Source of the DNA: an uncultured Eubacteriales bacterium
GTDB taxonomy: Bacteria > Bacillota > Clostridia > TANB77 > CAG-508
NCBI GenBank assembly: GCA_948443845.1
Contig: CAOJUE010000002.1
Coordinates: 40,693-104,692, forward strand
Reading direction: 5' to 3'
DNA: 64,000 nucleotides
The notes under the pieces are model-generated. The model saw nothing but the letters and a program-made list of their open reading frames with translations, made no database searches and was not told the DNA's origin. This document shows, piece by piece, positions 53,476 through 62,262 of the stretch; the stretch's first letter is position 1; each line of letters begins with the position of its first letter. A program made the position numbers and the translations under genes.

Positions 53476-55905
53476 TTAGTTATTGCTTTGATAACGATTT
53501 TCGTATCGATTCTCTTCATGATTGTAAATATAGTTTGTTGTGTTATTTTCTGTTGTATGATAATTGTTCGTTACTCTTCTACCAAATGAATCCACATCCA
53601 TTCCACCTGATTTTACGACGTTGAATTGAGCTGCAACTTGTGATTTAATCAATAAATCACTGAAACCTTTTATAACATCAATTGCTTTTGTTTTTTCTTT
53701 ATCATCTAAATCTTTGGTACTATAGGTATCAATTAATTCAGAAATATCGTATTCTTGACCTGTTTTGGTTTGACCAATCATTTGAGCCATGATTTTACTT
53801 GCACTATCTCCCACAATTGCCTTTAATGCTTCAATTGCCTTGACTTGATCATCATGGATTTTCTTAAACATTCCAGCAAAATCCATTGAGTGACATTCGT
53901 TGATGAAATCTTGAATTTCCTTTTGCATTTCTTCTGGGCTTACATTATTATTGTGAGCATATTGTTTAATTAAATCGCGGGTATCGTCTGTGGCGGTTTT
54001 GGTGGTGCCTTCTAGTGCTCCATAGGCAATTCCATAACCTAATTGTCCATAAGAAATAGCATCTGTCATGCTTCCTTGTATTCCATAACCTGCTGCACCA
54101 AGTGCCAAAGCAGCAGCAACTTTTACGTTATCTTTTACATAGGCTCCTGCCAATTTGCCCAAATCACTTTGAGCAAAGTTATCAAAGCTCTTTTTCACAC
54201 CAGTGATTTTTCTCATTGGAGAATTTTCTCTTATTTCTGTCTTTTTGTTTTCTACTTTTTCTACTGCTTCTCTTTCTTCTTTTGTCATGTCTTCTTTCTT
54301 TTTGCCTCTTGCTCGGTTATAAACTTCTCTAAAGTTCTCTTTTTCACCTTGTGTCATATTTTTCTCAACTGCTTCTTGTGCTTTATCTTCTAGGGTTCTT
54401 GCTTTATAATCACTAATTTTCTTTCCAACTTTTGAATTTTTAAAGACATGTTTGTATTCTTCACGTTTTTGTTGTCCTTCTTCACTATTTTTATATTCTT
54501 CAAATGTAGAATATTTTGATTTGTCTACATTTTTGTTGTAATCTTTTCTTAACTTAGAATCTGTTCTAATATCTCTTAACTTTTGCATACCACCAGCAGC
54601 TCTAAAGTTAGAAAATGCCGACCCTGCTTTCATACCAATTTGTGCAAATTTTCCAGTTGCTGCTCCAAAAGCTTTGGCAGGTTCTGTAATCGATGGCATA
54701 GAATTTGCTTCGAAATGGAATATCTTTCTTAAAATTCCCTCTGCTTCTTTCATAAATTTTAGAACAACAAACACTAAAATATAAGCTGTTATATTTCCAT
54801 AATCTGATTCTGCTATTATTCTAGATATTGCTCCAAAAAAGGCTAAATAAATCACACAATGAAATGGCTGAATCAAAATATTATAGGATATTTCCTTTAA
54901 CCAAGCATTTAATGCTTGAGCTTTTCCATCTCCTATTTTATCAATGGAATAAGTAATTGTAATTAGTGGTGCTATAATAATTAAAAATCCTACTGTTATC
55001 ATACGTTTCAGATAAAATAAGAAAAATCCAAAACTTTGTATTTGCATAATACAATATATCAAAGCTGCAACTATACCATTAATACCATCTGTCCAAATAT
55101 CGGCTACAATTTGTGCATTCAAATATTCTCCAACTGTAACCTTTCCGCCAGTAATACTATCAAAAACATCAGCTGCAAGTCCATAAGTTTGCATTAACCA
55201 CCCCTTATCTAATCGTTGTGCTTCTAGCAATCCCCCTAATGCAGAAACCAAAGCACTATTGATAGAAATAATAAACATAATGATATAATGCAATAAAAAC
55301 AATAATGCTAAACTCGTTACCCAATCTACTAGCATTTGTTTATATTTTGCTTGGTCAGAAGCAATTGTGGAAATCGCCATTCTAATTCCAACATAAATTA
55401 GAATCACTAACAAAATTGCTGCTGAAATTAATCTCATAACATAATACCATTGTGCAATTGCTTGTCTAAATGAATGAATTGCTCCTGTTCCAGTTAAATC
55501 AAAAAAGTCTATATCTATAAAATCAATTGATTTAAATTCATCCTTACTATATCCTGCGAAAAAAACATGTTCAAAAGTAACACCAACAAGTTCACTGGTT
55601 CCAAGACTAGCACAAGTATTCATTAGTATTTTTATTAAAAATCCAAATAGTAACATACCGATTCTTGGAAGAAAGGTTAAAATACCAACAATTCCGCTCA
55701 TCAAAGCTTCTATTTTAGCAAATGCTCCATTATCACTATCAAGCATTGTACCAACAAATCCTTGAGCATACACTCTATTTCCCCCAAAAATCGCCCAGCA
55801 ACAATTGCTCAGCACAATCGCCAGCATTACCACAAATAACAATCTCTTCAGCGTTTTTTTACGAATTTTCATTTTTCTTCTTACACCACCATTCCCTTTA
55901 TACAT
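53476..55905 (-). CDS. Polytopic membrane protein, paralog 3 of the VirB6/ConG-position family, with a charged C-terminal extension
   Basis: 809-aa ORF. Shared motifs AQWYYVMRLISAAILLVILIYVGIRMAISTIASDQAKYKQMLVDWV and ITITYSIDKIGDGKAQALNAWLKEISYNILIQPFHCVIYLAFF. An alternative start MKIRKK is at 55872. Confidence 0.65.
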   Translation of the reverse strand: MYKGNGGVRRKMKIRKKTLKRLLFVVMLAIVLSNCCWAIFGGNRVYAQGFVGTMLDSDNGAFAKIEALMSGIVGILTFLPRIGMLLFGFLIKILMNTCASLGTSELVGVTFEHVFFAGYSKDEFKSIDFIDIDFFDLTGTGAIHSFRQAIAQWYYVMRLISAAILLVILIYVGIRMAISTIASDQAKYKQMLVDWVTSLALLFLLHYIIMFIISINSALVSALGGLLEAQRLDKGWLMQTYGLAADVFDSITGGKVTVGEYLNAQIVADIWTDGINGIVAALIYCIMQIQSFGFFLFYLKRMITVGFLIIIAPLITITYSIDKIGDGKAQALNAWLKEISYNILIQPFHCVIYLAFFGAISRIIAESDYGNITAYILVFVVLKFMKEAEGILRKIFHFEANSMPSITEPAKAFGAATGKFAQIGMKAGSAFSNFRAAGGMQKLRDIRTDSKLRKDYNKNVDKSKYSTFEEYKNSEEGQQKREEYKHVFKNSKVGKKISDYKARTLEDKAQEAVEKNMTQGEKENFREVYNRARGKKKEDMTKEEREAVEKVENKKTEIRENSPMRKITGVKKSFDNFAQSDLGKLAGAYVKDNVKVAAALALGAAGYGIQGSMTDAISYGQLGYGIAYGALEGTTKTATDDTRDLIKQYAHNNNVSPEEMQKEIQDFINECHSMDFAGMFKKIHDDQVKAIEALKAIVGDSASKIMAQMIGQTKTGQEYDISELIDTYSTKDLDDKEKTKAIDVIKGFSDLLIKSQVAAQFNVVKSGGMDVDSFGRRVTNNYHTTENNTTNYIYNHEENRYENRYQSNN

Positions 55906-58900
55906 TACTTAGTAAATCCATTATATTTACACTAGAACCAGCTATTCTTTTCGTCAATGCTTCTTTTTTCGTTTCCATAAAGAGTTCTTCAACCACTCTT
56001 TGACTTCCATCTCGAGTTTGGTCAAATCTCCTGCTTCCATCTCTGTTTTGATCAAATCTTCTGCTTCCGTCTTGATAGAAATTTAATTTTTCTTGTTGTT
56101 CTTGGCTTAAACTTCCTCTCGGCTTGCCATTTACCTCGATTGACTCACGATTATTTTCGCCTATTTTCGATAAGGCAAATAACAAATCTAATACATTTTG
56201 ACTATCAATATTTTCAGTTGTATCAGCATATAATGCTTCTTCTAATTGATTTTTTACTGCATTCATTCTTCGGTTGGTCTCATGCTCTACTAAATCTTTT
56301 CTATTTTTTGTTTTTTTGACTTTTTTCACTTTTTTAATATCATCACCAACAACTTGTTTCATATAATCTGAAACATCAATTTCTTCTTTTTTCTTATCCT
56401 GACCTGAAAGCTGTCTAATCACATCTGCTGACTTTTTGGAATCTTCTGACATCATTTTGTCTTTCATTAAATCATAGATTTCATCTGCTCTTTGTGATAA
56501 TTCGTTTTTATCGGTAATTCCTGTTTGTCTCATATATTCTAAAACCGTATCTGTAGCAAGGATTTGCTCCAATCCTTCATTGGTTTTATTTTGATTATTT
56601 TGCAAATTCTGATAAGCATTTTGAACATTTTCTGTGGAAATAAATTCATCTGCTTTTATTTCACCTTTTTTGATGATGCCTTTTTCTTCCAATAAAGCTA
56701 AAATGTTCGCCTTGATTTGCATTGTGTCACCGCTTTCCAATTTGGTATTATTGATATCGGTAATTCCTCTTCTTGCAAAATATTTTTGAATTTGATTTTG
56801 AATTAGTTTTTGCTGATTATTTCTCAAATCGTACTTAATCGCATTCAATCGCTCTGCTCTTGAAGCATTAGATTGTTCGCTCATTTTTTTCTCAGCATTG
56901 TCAACAAATTTTTTCTCGGTTTGTTCGGTTGAATTGTCAAGGTCAATTCCAAAATAGGTATTTCCAATAGCTACAACGTTATCATCATTAGCATATTCGT
57001 TGTGCAATAATTCTTCTTCTGACATTTGTTCTGCCAAATCTTTTTGATTTTGTTCTTCTTCGGCAAATTTATTTTTAAAATCTTCCACATTCTTTGAAGT
57101 TTCCAAGTCATTTAGCTGTTTTAAAGCCGTTTTAAATTGCTTTGTATATTTCGAATAACTTAATTCTGCTAATGTTTCTGACTCAATTGGATCAAGATCT
57201 GGAAGTGTGATGGCATGAACTGAATTATGTAATAGTTTTCTAACAAAATTTTTATGTTTTCCTTTGACTTCTTCTGTTTTCGTTTGTTCAATTTCTTGGA
57301 TTTGTCTTGCTGCTTCAACTTGCATTGTGTATTTTGCATTTTTGTTGAAATCAATAAAATTATAACTTTTGCTCTTCTTGTAACTTGGTCTATTTTTGAT
57401 TTGTCTTCTTTTTGTTGCCATTCTCATTCCAGACATTCCTGCTTGACCTAAAAGTGCAATTCCCAAGGTTGGATTAACAACCAATGCCGGAAATCCAACA
57501 ATACCTGCAGCAAATCCCACAACATTTGATTTTGTAATTTTGTAATAATTTTTTAATTCCTTTACTTCCTCACTTGACAAATTCAAAATATTTTTCAATT
57601 TCGCATTTTCCATAAATCTCATGCCAATGCTGTCCACCTTTTTACGCCAAAATGCTCCTTTTACGCCACCTTTTCTCAAAGTCTTCATACGATGATATTT
57701 TCCATCTGCGCCTTTGGTTGCATATTGTTTCGGATCAAATAAATTCGCAATTGTTCCTTCTAAAGTTCCTTCTGCAAATGTTTTTTGTAAATTTTCTAAT
57801 TTCTTTATTTCTTCAAAATCTTTCTGCTCTTCTAATCTTTCTTCTAACTGTGAATTAATCAATTCTAAGTCTGCATTCGCGCGTTTTTGCTTCTCCAAAA
57901 TACTAGAAAGTTGTTTCTGATTTTTTTGAGTCTTTTTCCTACTCATTGCCTTATTATATTCTTCATCAAAATGCTGCTTTCTTGCTTCTACGCCTTTTTT
58001 ATTTTCTTGTAAATTCTGAATTTCTTCTTCTAATCTTTTTCTTGCTTCTTCTTCTTTTCTCTCTTCCTCTTCTTTTTCATTTGCTTTCTTCGCCATATAA
58101 CTTCCAAATGCAGTTTCTGCAATTGCTCTAGCTGGTTTGGTGGCAACTCGATAGGTTGCTTTCATTAATTTTTTACCTGTTGCTCCCCCAATCATCATAT
58201 CTGGCAAATTCTTAATTCCTGCTTTAACTTCCTGAATTCCAACTCGGTCCATTTCCCCTGACAAACTGCCTTTTCCTCCAGACATTTTAAACAAGGTTCG
58301 AAGGAGTTTTTCACTTTCTAACATAAAATGCAATAAAACAAATGCCAAAATCGCACCTGGCAACGACTCTGCCGATAATTTCAAGGCAATTGACACAAAT
58401 GAAACATAAATAATCACATGGAATAACTGAATAATCACATTAATCACATACTCTGTAAGCCATCCAGAAAATATCTTCGATTTTCCTGTCATTACTTTAT
58501 TTAAAGCATATGATGCTGAAATCACTGGCGCCACGATTGTCAAAATCATGATGTTAAACACCCTAATAAAATATTTAATCGCAAATCGCCAAGCATAGTA
58601 AACTAATACACCATAAATAATTAGACCAGTAAATCCATCTGTCAAACTTAAACTGTATGCTCTGGTTCTGGCAGATTCATACAATGTTGTTTCCATTTCG
58701 TTAAATGTTTTACTTTCCACTTTTCCATTTTCATCTAGTCCATATTGATATTCTTCCAATTGTATCTCATTATTCCCAGCAAGCAAAGCTTGCAATCCAT
58801 TCACAATCGCATCATTGATGGCAAAAATAGAAATCATGATGTAATGAATCGTAAATACAATAATCATTCCTGCAACCCAATCAATTAGCATTTGCTTGTA

Positions 58901-59545
58901 AACTGCTTTTTCCGAAGCCACCGTAGAAAGCACCATTTTGATACCAACAAATATCAACACAAGTAGCATAAACGCAATGGCAATCAATCTTAAAATATAA
59001 TACCATTTTGCTACTGCATTTCGAATAATCGGAACAATTTCATCATTTTTTGCTATTTTATCAGCATCGGTCTCTTGTTCTGTTTTATTGGCATCATATT
59101 CCACACTCGCTGTTTCAAAAATATTGGCATTTAAGATTGGAACTCTGTTAAATAAAATGCTTTCTACATTTACCGTTTTTTGTGCATAAACATCCATGCT
59201 ATCTGTGTTTACTTTGTCCAAACTGTTATCAATATCTAAAATCCACGTCAAAATCATTTCGCCTACTTCTATCCAGCCAATGAAAACTGCTCTGGTTCCT
59301 AATGTCATCAAACCTAAAAGGTAATTGGCAATCTGAGATAACGCATTAATAATTTTATCAAAAATTCCACCTTTAACACTTACCTTTGCATCTTGGGTTC
59401 CTGTATAATAAATTCCATCTTCGTTTACTAAATCACTAAATTTATTGGCATGAGCACATGAAGTCGCAACAAAGAAAGACAATAAAATGGTTATCATAGT
59501 CGTAATTAGCATTTTGTATGAAATTCTTGTGACAAATGACTTCAT
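55898..59545 (-). CDS. Polytopic membrane protein, paralog 2, with a ~700-aa coiled-coil/charged C-terminal region
   Basis: 1215-aa ORF. Motifs AKWYYILRLIAIAFMLLVLIFVGIKMVLSTVASEKAVYKQMLIDWV and VISASYALNKVMTGKSKIFSGWLTEYVINVIIQLFHVIIYVSF. C-terminal direct repeat DGSRRFDQ(N/T)R. Confidence 0.65.
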   Translation of the reverse strand: MKSFVTRISYKMLITTMITILLSFFVATSCAHANKFSDLVNEDGIYYTGTQDAKVSVKGGIFDKIINALSQIANYLLGLMTLGTRAVFIGWIEVGEMILTWILDIDNSLDKVNTDSMDVYAQKTVNVESILFNRVPILNANIFETASVEYDANKTEQETDADKIAKNDEIVPIIRNAVAKWYYILRLIAIAFMLLVLIFVGIKMVLSTVASEKAVYKQMLIDWVAGMIIVFTIHYIMISIFAINDAIVNGLQALLAGNNEIQLEEYQYGLDENGKVESKTFNEMETTLYESARTRAYSLSLTDGFTGLIIYGVLVYYAWRFAIKYFIRVFNIMILTIVAPVISASYALNKVMTGKSKIFSGWLTEYVINVIIQLFHVIIYVSFVSIALKLSAESLPGAILAFVLLHFMLESEKLLRTLFKMSGGKGSLSGEMDRVGIQEVKAGIKNLPDMMIGGATGKKLMKATYRVATKPARAIAETAFGSYMAKKANEKEEEERKEEEARKRLEEEIQNLQENKKGVEARKQHFDEEYNKAMSRKKTQKNQKQLSSILEKQKRANADLELINSQLEERLEEQKDFEEIKKLENLQKTFAEGTLEGTIANLFDPKQYATKGADGKYHRMKTLRKGGVKGAFWRKKVDSIGMRFMENAKLKNILNLSSEEVKELKNYYKITKSNVVGFAAGIVGFPALVVNPTLGIALLGQAGMSGMRMATKRRQIKNRPSYKKSKSYNFIDFNKNAKYTMQVEAARQIQEIEQTKTEEVKGKHKNFVRKLLHNSVHAITLPDLDPIESETLAELSYSKYTKQFKTALKQLNDLETSKNVEDFKNKFAEEEQNQKDLAEQMSEEELLHNEYANDDNVVAIGNTYFGIDLDNSTEQTEKKFVDNAEKKMSEQSNASRAERLNAIKYDLRNNQQKLIQNQIQKYFARRGITDINNTKLESGDTMQIKANILALLEEKGIIKKGEIKADEFISTENVQNAYQNLQNNQNKTNEGLEQILATDTVLEYMRQTGITDKNELSQRADEIYDLMKDKMMSEDSKKSADVIRQLSGQDKKKEEIDVSDYMKQVVGDDIKKVKKVKKTKNRKDLVEHETNRRMNAVKNQLEEALYADTTENIDSQNVLDLLFALSKIGENNRESIEVNGKPRGSLSQEQQEKLNFYQDGSRRFDQNRDGSRRFDQTRDGSQRVVEELFMETKKEALTKRIAGSSVNIMDLLSNV

Positions 59546-59557
59546 TTGCTCACCTCC

Positions 59558-61093
59558 CTAAATTTTTAATTCGATTTCCGAATCATTATATTTCAAAATC
59601 TGATTCTCACATGATTTTATCTCAAATTCTTCTTTGCCAGTTATGATAACGCCTTTTTTCTGATTTTTTAAATCGTAATAATAAATCCCTTTATTGGCAA
59701 CACTGTAAATAAAACAATCCTCATTCATCCAAATATAGGACTCAATATTTTCACTCAATTCGCAATTCGGATAAGCCGGATTTTGCGAGATAAAATATGT
59801 GCATAAAATGTTGTCATTTCCTGACATTTTCATATAATAATCATAATTTTTTCCACGATTTTTAGTATCTTCCGCCTCGTATTTTTGCTTGTATTCTTGG
59901 CATTTTTCCGAAAATTGTAACTGCTGGCTAACTCTTCTTACTTCTGCATTATACACATTATCGAGTTGCAAAATCGCCATAAATTCTGTGTGCTCCAAAT
60001 ACGGATTAACCCTTTCCTGACTGACTCCAATATTATTATACAAAACAATTCCATTCGTATTTTCATAATTCATTTTAATGTCAATTCCCTTATTCGGATA
60101 CGATAAAAACACTGTTTCTGCATCATAAGTATATTCCTCATAATCAGGCCACAAATACGTCAATTCATTCATGAATTCCAGTAAAGTCGTTTTTTCAGCT
60201 AAAAACTCATCCACCAATGCAAAAAATTCGTCAAATCCTTGCTCCTCTATATTACGGTAAACAGAGATTTGGTCTTCTTCAAAAAATACATACATCTCTT
60301 TTCCCTTGTAACCAATGATGTTTTTTTCTTCATTTTGAAATGTTGGTTTTCCGAGTTCTCTTATTATTATATCATGATTTTCGCTAACAGTAAAGCCATT
60401 TATAATAGATTTTACATAATTTTTTGTAAAAACGACATTGTAAATTTTTCCACTAACTTTTCTTACCTCAATTCCTTCGTCAAAATAGATATAATAATCT
60501 TGAAAAATGGTTTCTCGTGTTCCAAAATCAACCTTTGTGCTCCATTGATTTTCAAGGCAACTCACCAACTCTGGAGCTTCTACAGAAAACTCTGTTAGAG
60601 GAATTTCTTTATAATCTCTCAAACTCATCTGAGAATCCATATATATGAAATAATCTTCCATTCCATTGATGAGAATTTTCTTAATTTTATCCTTATTTCC
60701 CATCACTCGTATTTCAATATCTTTGCTCTCATCTAGCAGGCGAAAATTGCTGTAATTTAGGAATTTTGCCATATCTTTTATCAAATTTTGATAAAATTCT
60801 TCGTTGCTTTTCTCATTTTCGTATAAATCATATTTGAAATCAGTATAAATATCGGTTACAAAACCTTCTTCTTTGCTATCTTTTGTTTTTATCAATCGGC
60901 AACCATAATATTTTAGAACTTCTTTAATCGAATGAAAGCCCTCTGTTAATTCCAAATTCGCTTTTTGACTGCGATTACTTTGAATATCATTCAAAAGTGC
61001 CATCAAAATCAACACAGCAAAAATCAGGAAGCCCATTACTCCCAAAACAATCATTCCCTTTTTTAATTGATTTTGATTGTTATTACTCTGCAT
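59558..61093 (-). CDS. Hypothetical N-terminally anchored protein
   Basis: 511-aa ORF with a single TM segment (MIVLGVMGFLIFAVLILMALL). No motif recognised. Confidence 0.5.
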   Translation of the reverse strand: MQSNNNQNQLKKGMIVLGVMGFLIFAVLILMALLNDIQSNRSQKANLELTEGFHSIKEVLKYYGCRLIKTKDSKEEGFVTDIYTDFKYDLYENEKSNEEFYQNLIKDMAKFLNYSNFRLLDESKDIEIRVMGNKDKIKKILINGMEDYFIYMDSQMSLRDYKEIPLTEFSVEAPELVSCLENQWSTKVDFGTRETIFQDYYIYFDEGIEVRKVSGKIYNVVFTKNYVKSIINGFTVSENHDIIIRELGKPTFQNEEKNIIGYKGKEMYVFFEEDQISVYRNIEEQGFDEFFALVDEFLAEKTTLLEFMNELTYLWPDYEEYTYDAETVFLSYPNKGIDIKMNYENTNGIVLYNNIGVSQERVNPYLEHTEFMAILQLDNVYNAEVRRVSQQLQFSEKCQEYKQKYEAEDTKNRGKNYDYYMKMSGNDNILCTYFISQNPAYPNCELSENIESYIWMNEDCFIYSVANKGIYYYDLKNQKKGVIITGKEEFEIKSCENQILKYNDSEIELKI

Positions 61094-61102
61094 TCATGCC
61101 TC

Positions 61103-62236
61103 CTATTTACTCTTTTGGTCCCCAATTGGTTTCAAACTTCCAACATTTTTCAAATTGAATAATTGTAAGATAATTTTTTCAACTTTCGTCAACACCAACA
61201 AAAATGCCAAAGCAACCCAAATCGAAGTATTGGCAATTTCTCCAGCAGTATAGATAAATACCAAGTAAATAATCGCATGAATTGGTTGTATCGCAATATT
61301 CATGATTAATTCATGGCTCCACACAGAAAAACTCTGTGCTTTCCCATCTCCCACTTTATCAATCGGATAAGTAATCGTAATAATAGGTGCAATGAAAATC
61401 AAAAATCCAACTACAACAACTCGTTTAAAGTACATCCAATAAAATTTGGTTTGCATAAAAACTAAAAACCAATACACAATCGAATAACTCGCATACGTCC
61501 ATCCTGTGCAAGTCAGTAATTTAGAATTTACCACAGTCAGCGTATTCTCCTCAAAACTGCTTTTTCCACCTGCCTGTAATACATCTCTAAAATGATTCAT
61601 AAAATCCCCAAATATATTTCCAACTCCAATAATCAGTGCAATGATATATTGCATAAAAAACAGCAATATAATACTCTCTGCCCACGCAATCAGCATATTT
61701 TTATATTTGGCTTTATCTGCCGAAACGGTAGATAAAGCCATTCTAATTCCTACATAAATTAAAACAAGCAAACTAATTGCTATAGCAAGCAATCGAAAAA
61801 TATAATAACTCTGTGCAACACTATTTCGAATCGAATCGACAACTTTATTTTGCGAATTACCAATATTAAAATAATCAATATCAAACAATTCAATTTCATT
61901 AAATACTGCTTTTTCTATAGTAAAAAACTGACCAATTGGAACTGCCATCAAGGCTCTAATCAAATGAGGGAAAATATTTAGAAACCTAGCCAACAGTCCA
62001 CCAATAACACCAAAAACACCAGATAGCGTAAACCCTAAAGCATTCATCGTAATTGTAGTAGCTGCTCCTCCGAATGGTGCTACTGAGGCAGAAATTAATT
62101 CCTCAAGAGCCTTGCCAGAAATGGTGTCAGACTTAATATCATCCGTTAAAGATGTATCTGTTGCCTGTACATTTCCACAAAATATGAAATTCCATAAAAT
62201 CACTACCACTAGTAGTGCACTGACTATTTTTTTCAT
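61103..62236 (-). CDS. Polytopic membrane protein, paralog 1 (minimal form) of the VirB6/ConG-position family
   Basis: 377-aa ORF with signal-like MKKIVSALLVVVILWNFIFCGNVQA. Motifs AQSYYIFRLLAIAISLLVLIYVGIRMALSTVSADKAKYKNMLIAWA and ITITYPIDKVGDGKAQSFSVWSHELIMNIAIQPIHAIIYLVF. Confidence 0.65.
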   Translation of the reverse strand: MKKIVSALLVVVILWNFIFCGNVQATDTSLTDDIKSDTISGKALEELISASVAPFGGAATTITMNALGFTLSGVFGVIGGLLARFLNIFPHLIRALMAVPIGQFFTIEKAVFNEIELFDIDYFNIGNSQNKVVDSIRNSVAQSYYIFRLLAIAISLLVLIYVGIRMALSTVSADKAKYKNMLIAWAESIILLFFMQYIIALIIGVGNIFGDFMNHFRDVLQAGGKSSFEENTLTVVNSKLLTCTGWTYASYSIVYWFLVFMQTKFYWMYFKRVVVVGFLIFIAPIITITYPIDKVGDGKAQSFSVWSHELIMNIAIQPIHAIIYLVFIYTAGEIANTSIWVALAFLLVLTKVEKIILQLFNLKNVGSLKPIGDQKSK

Positions 62237-62262
62237 TCATTCCCTCATTTTTATTTTTTATA

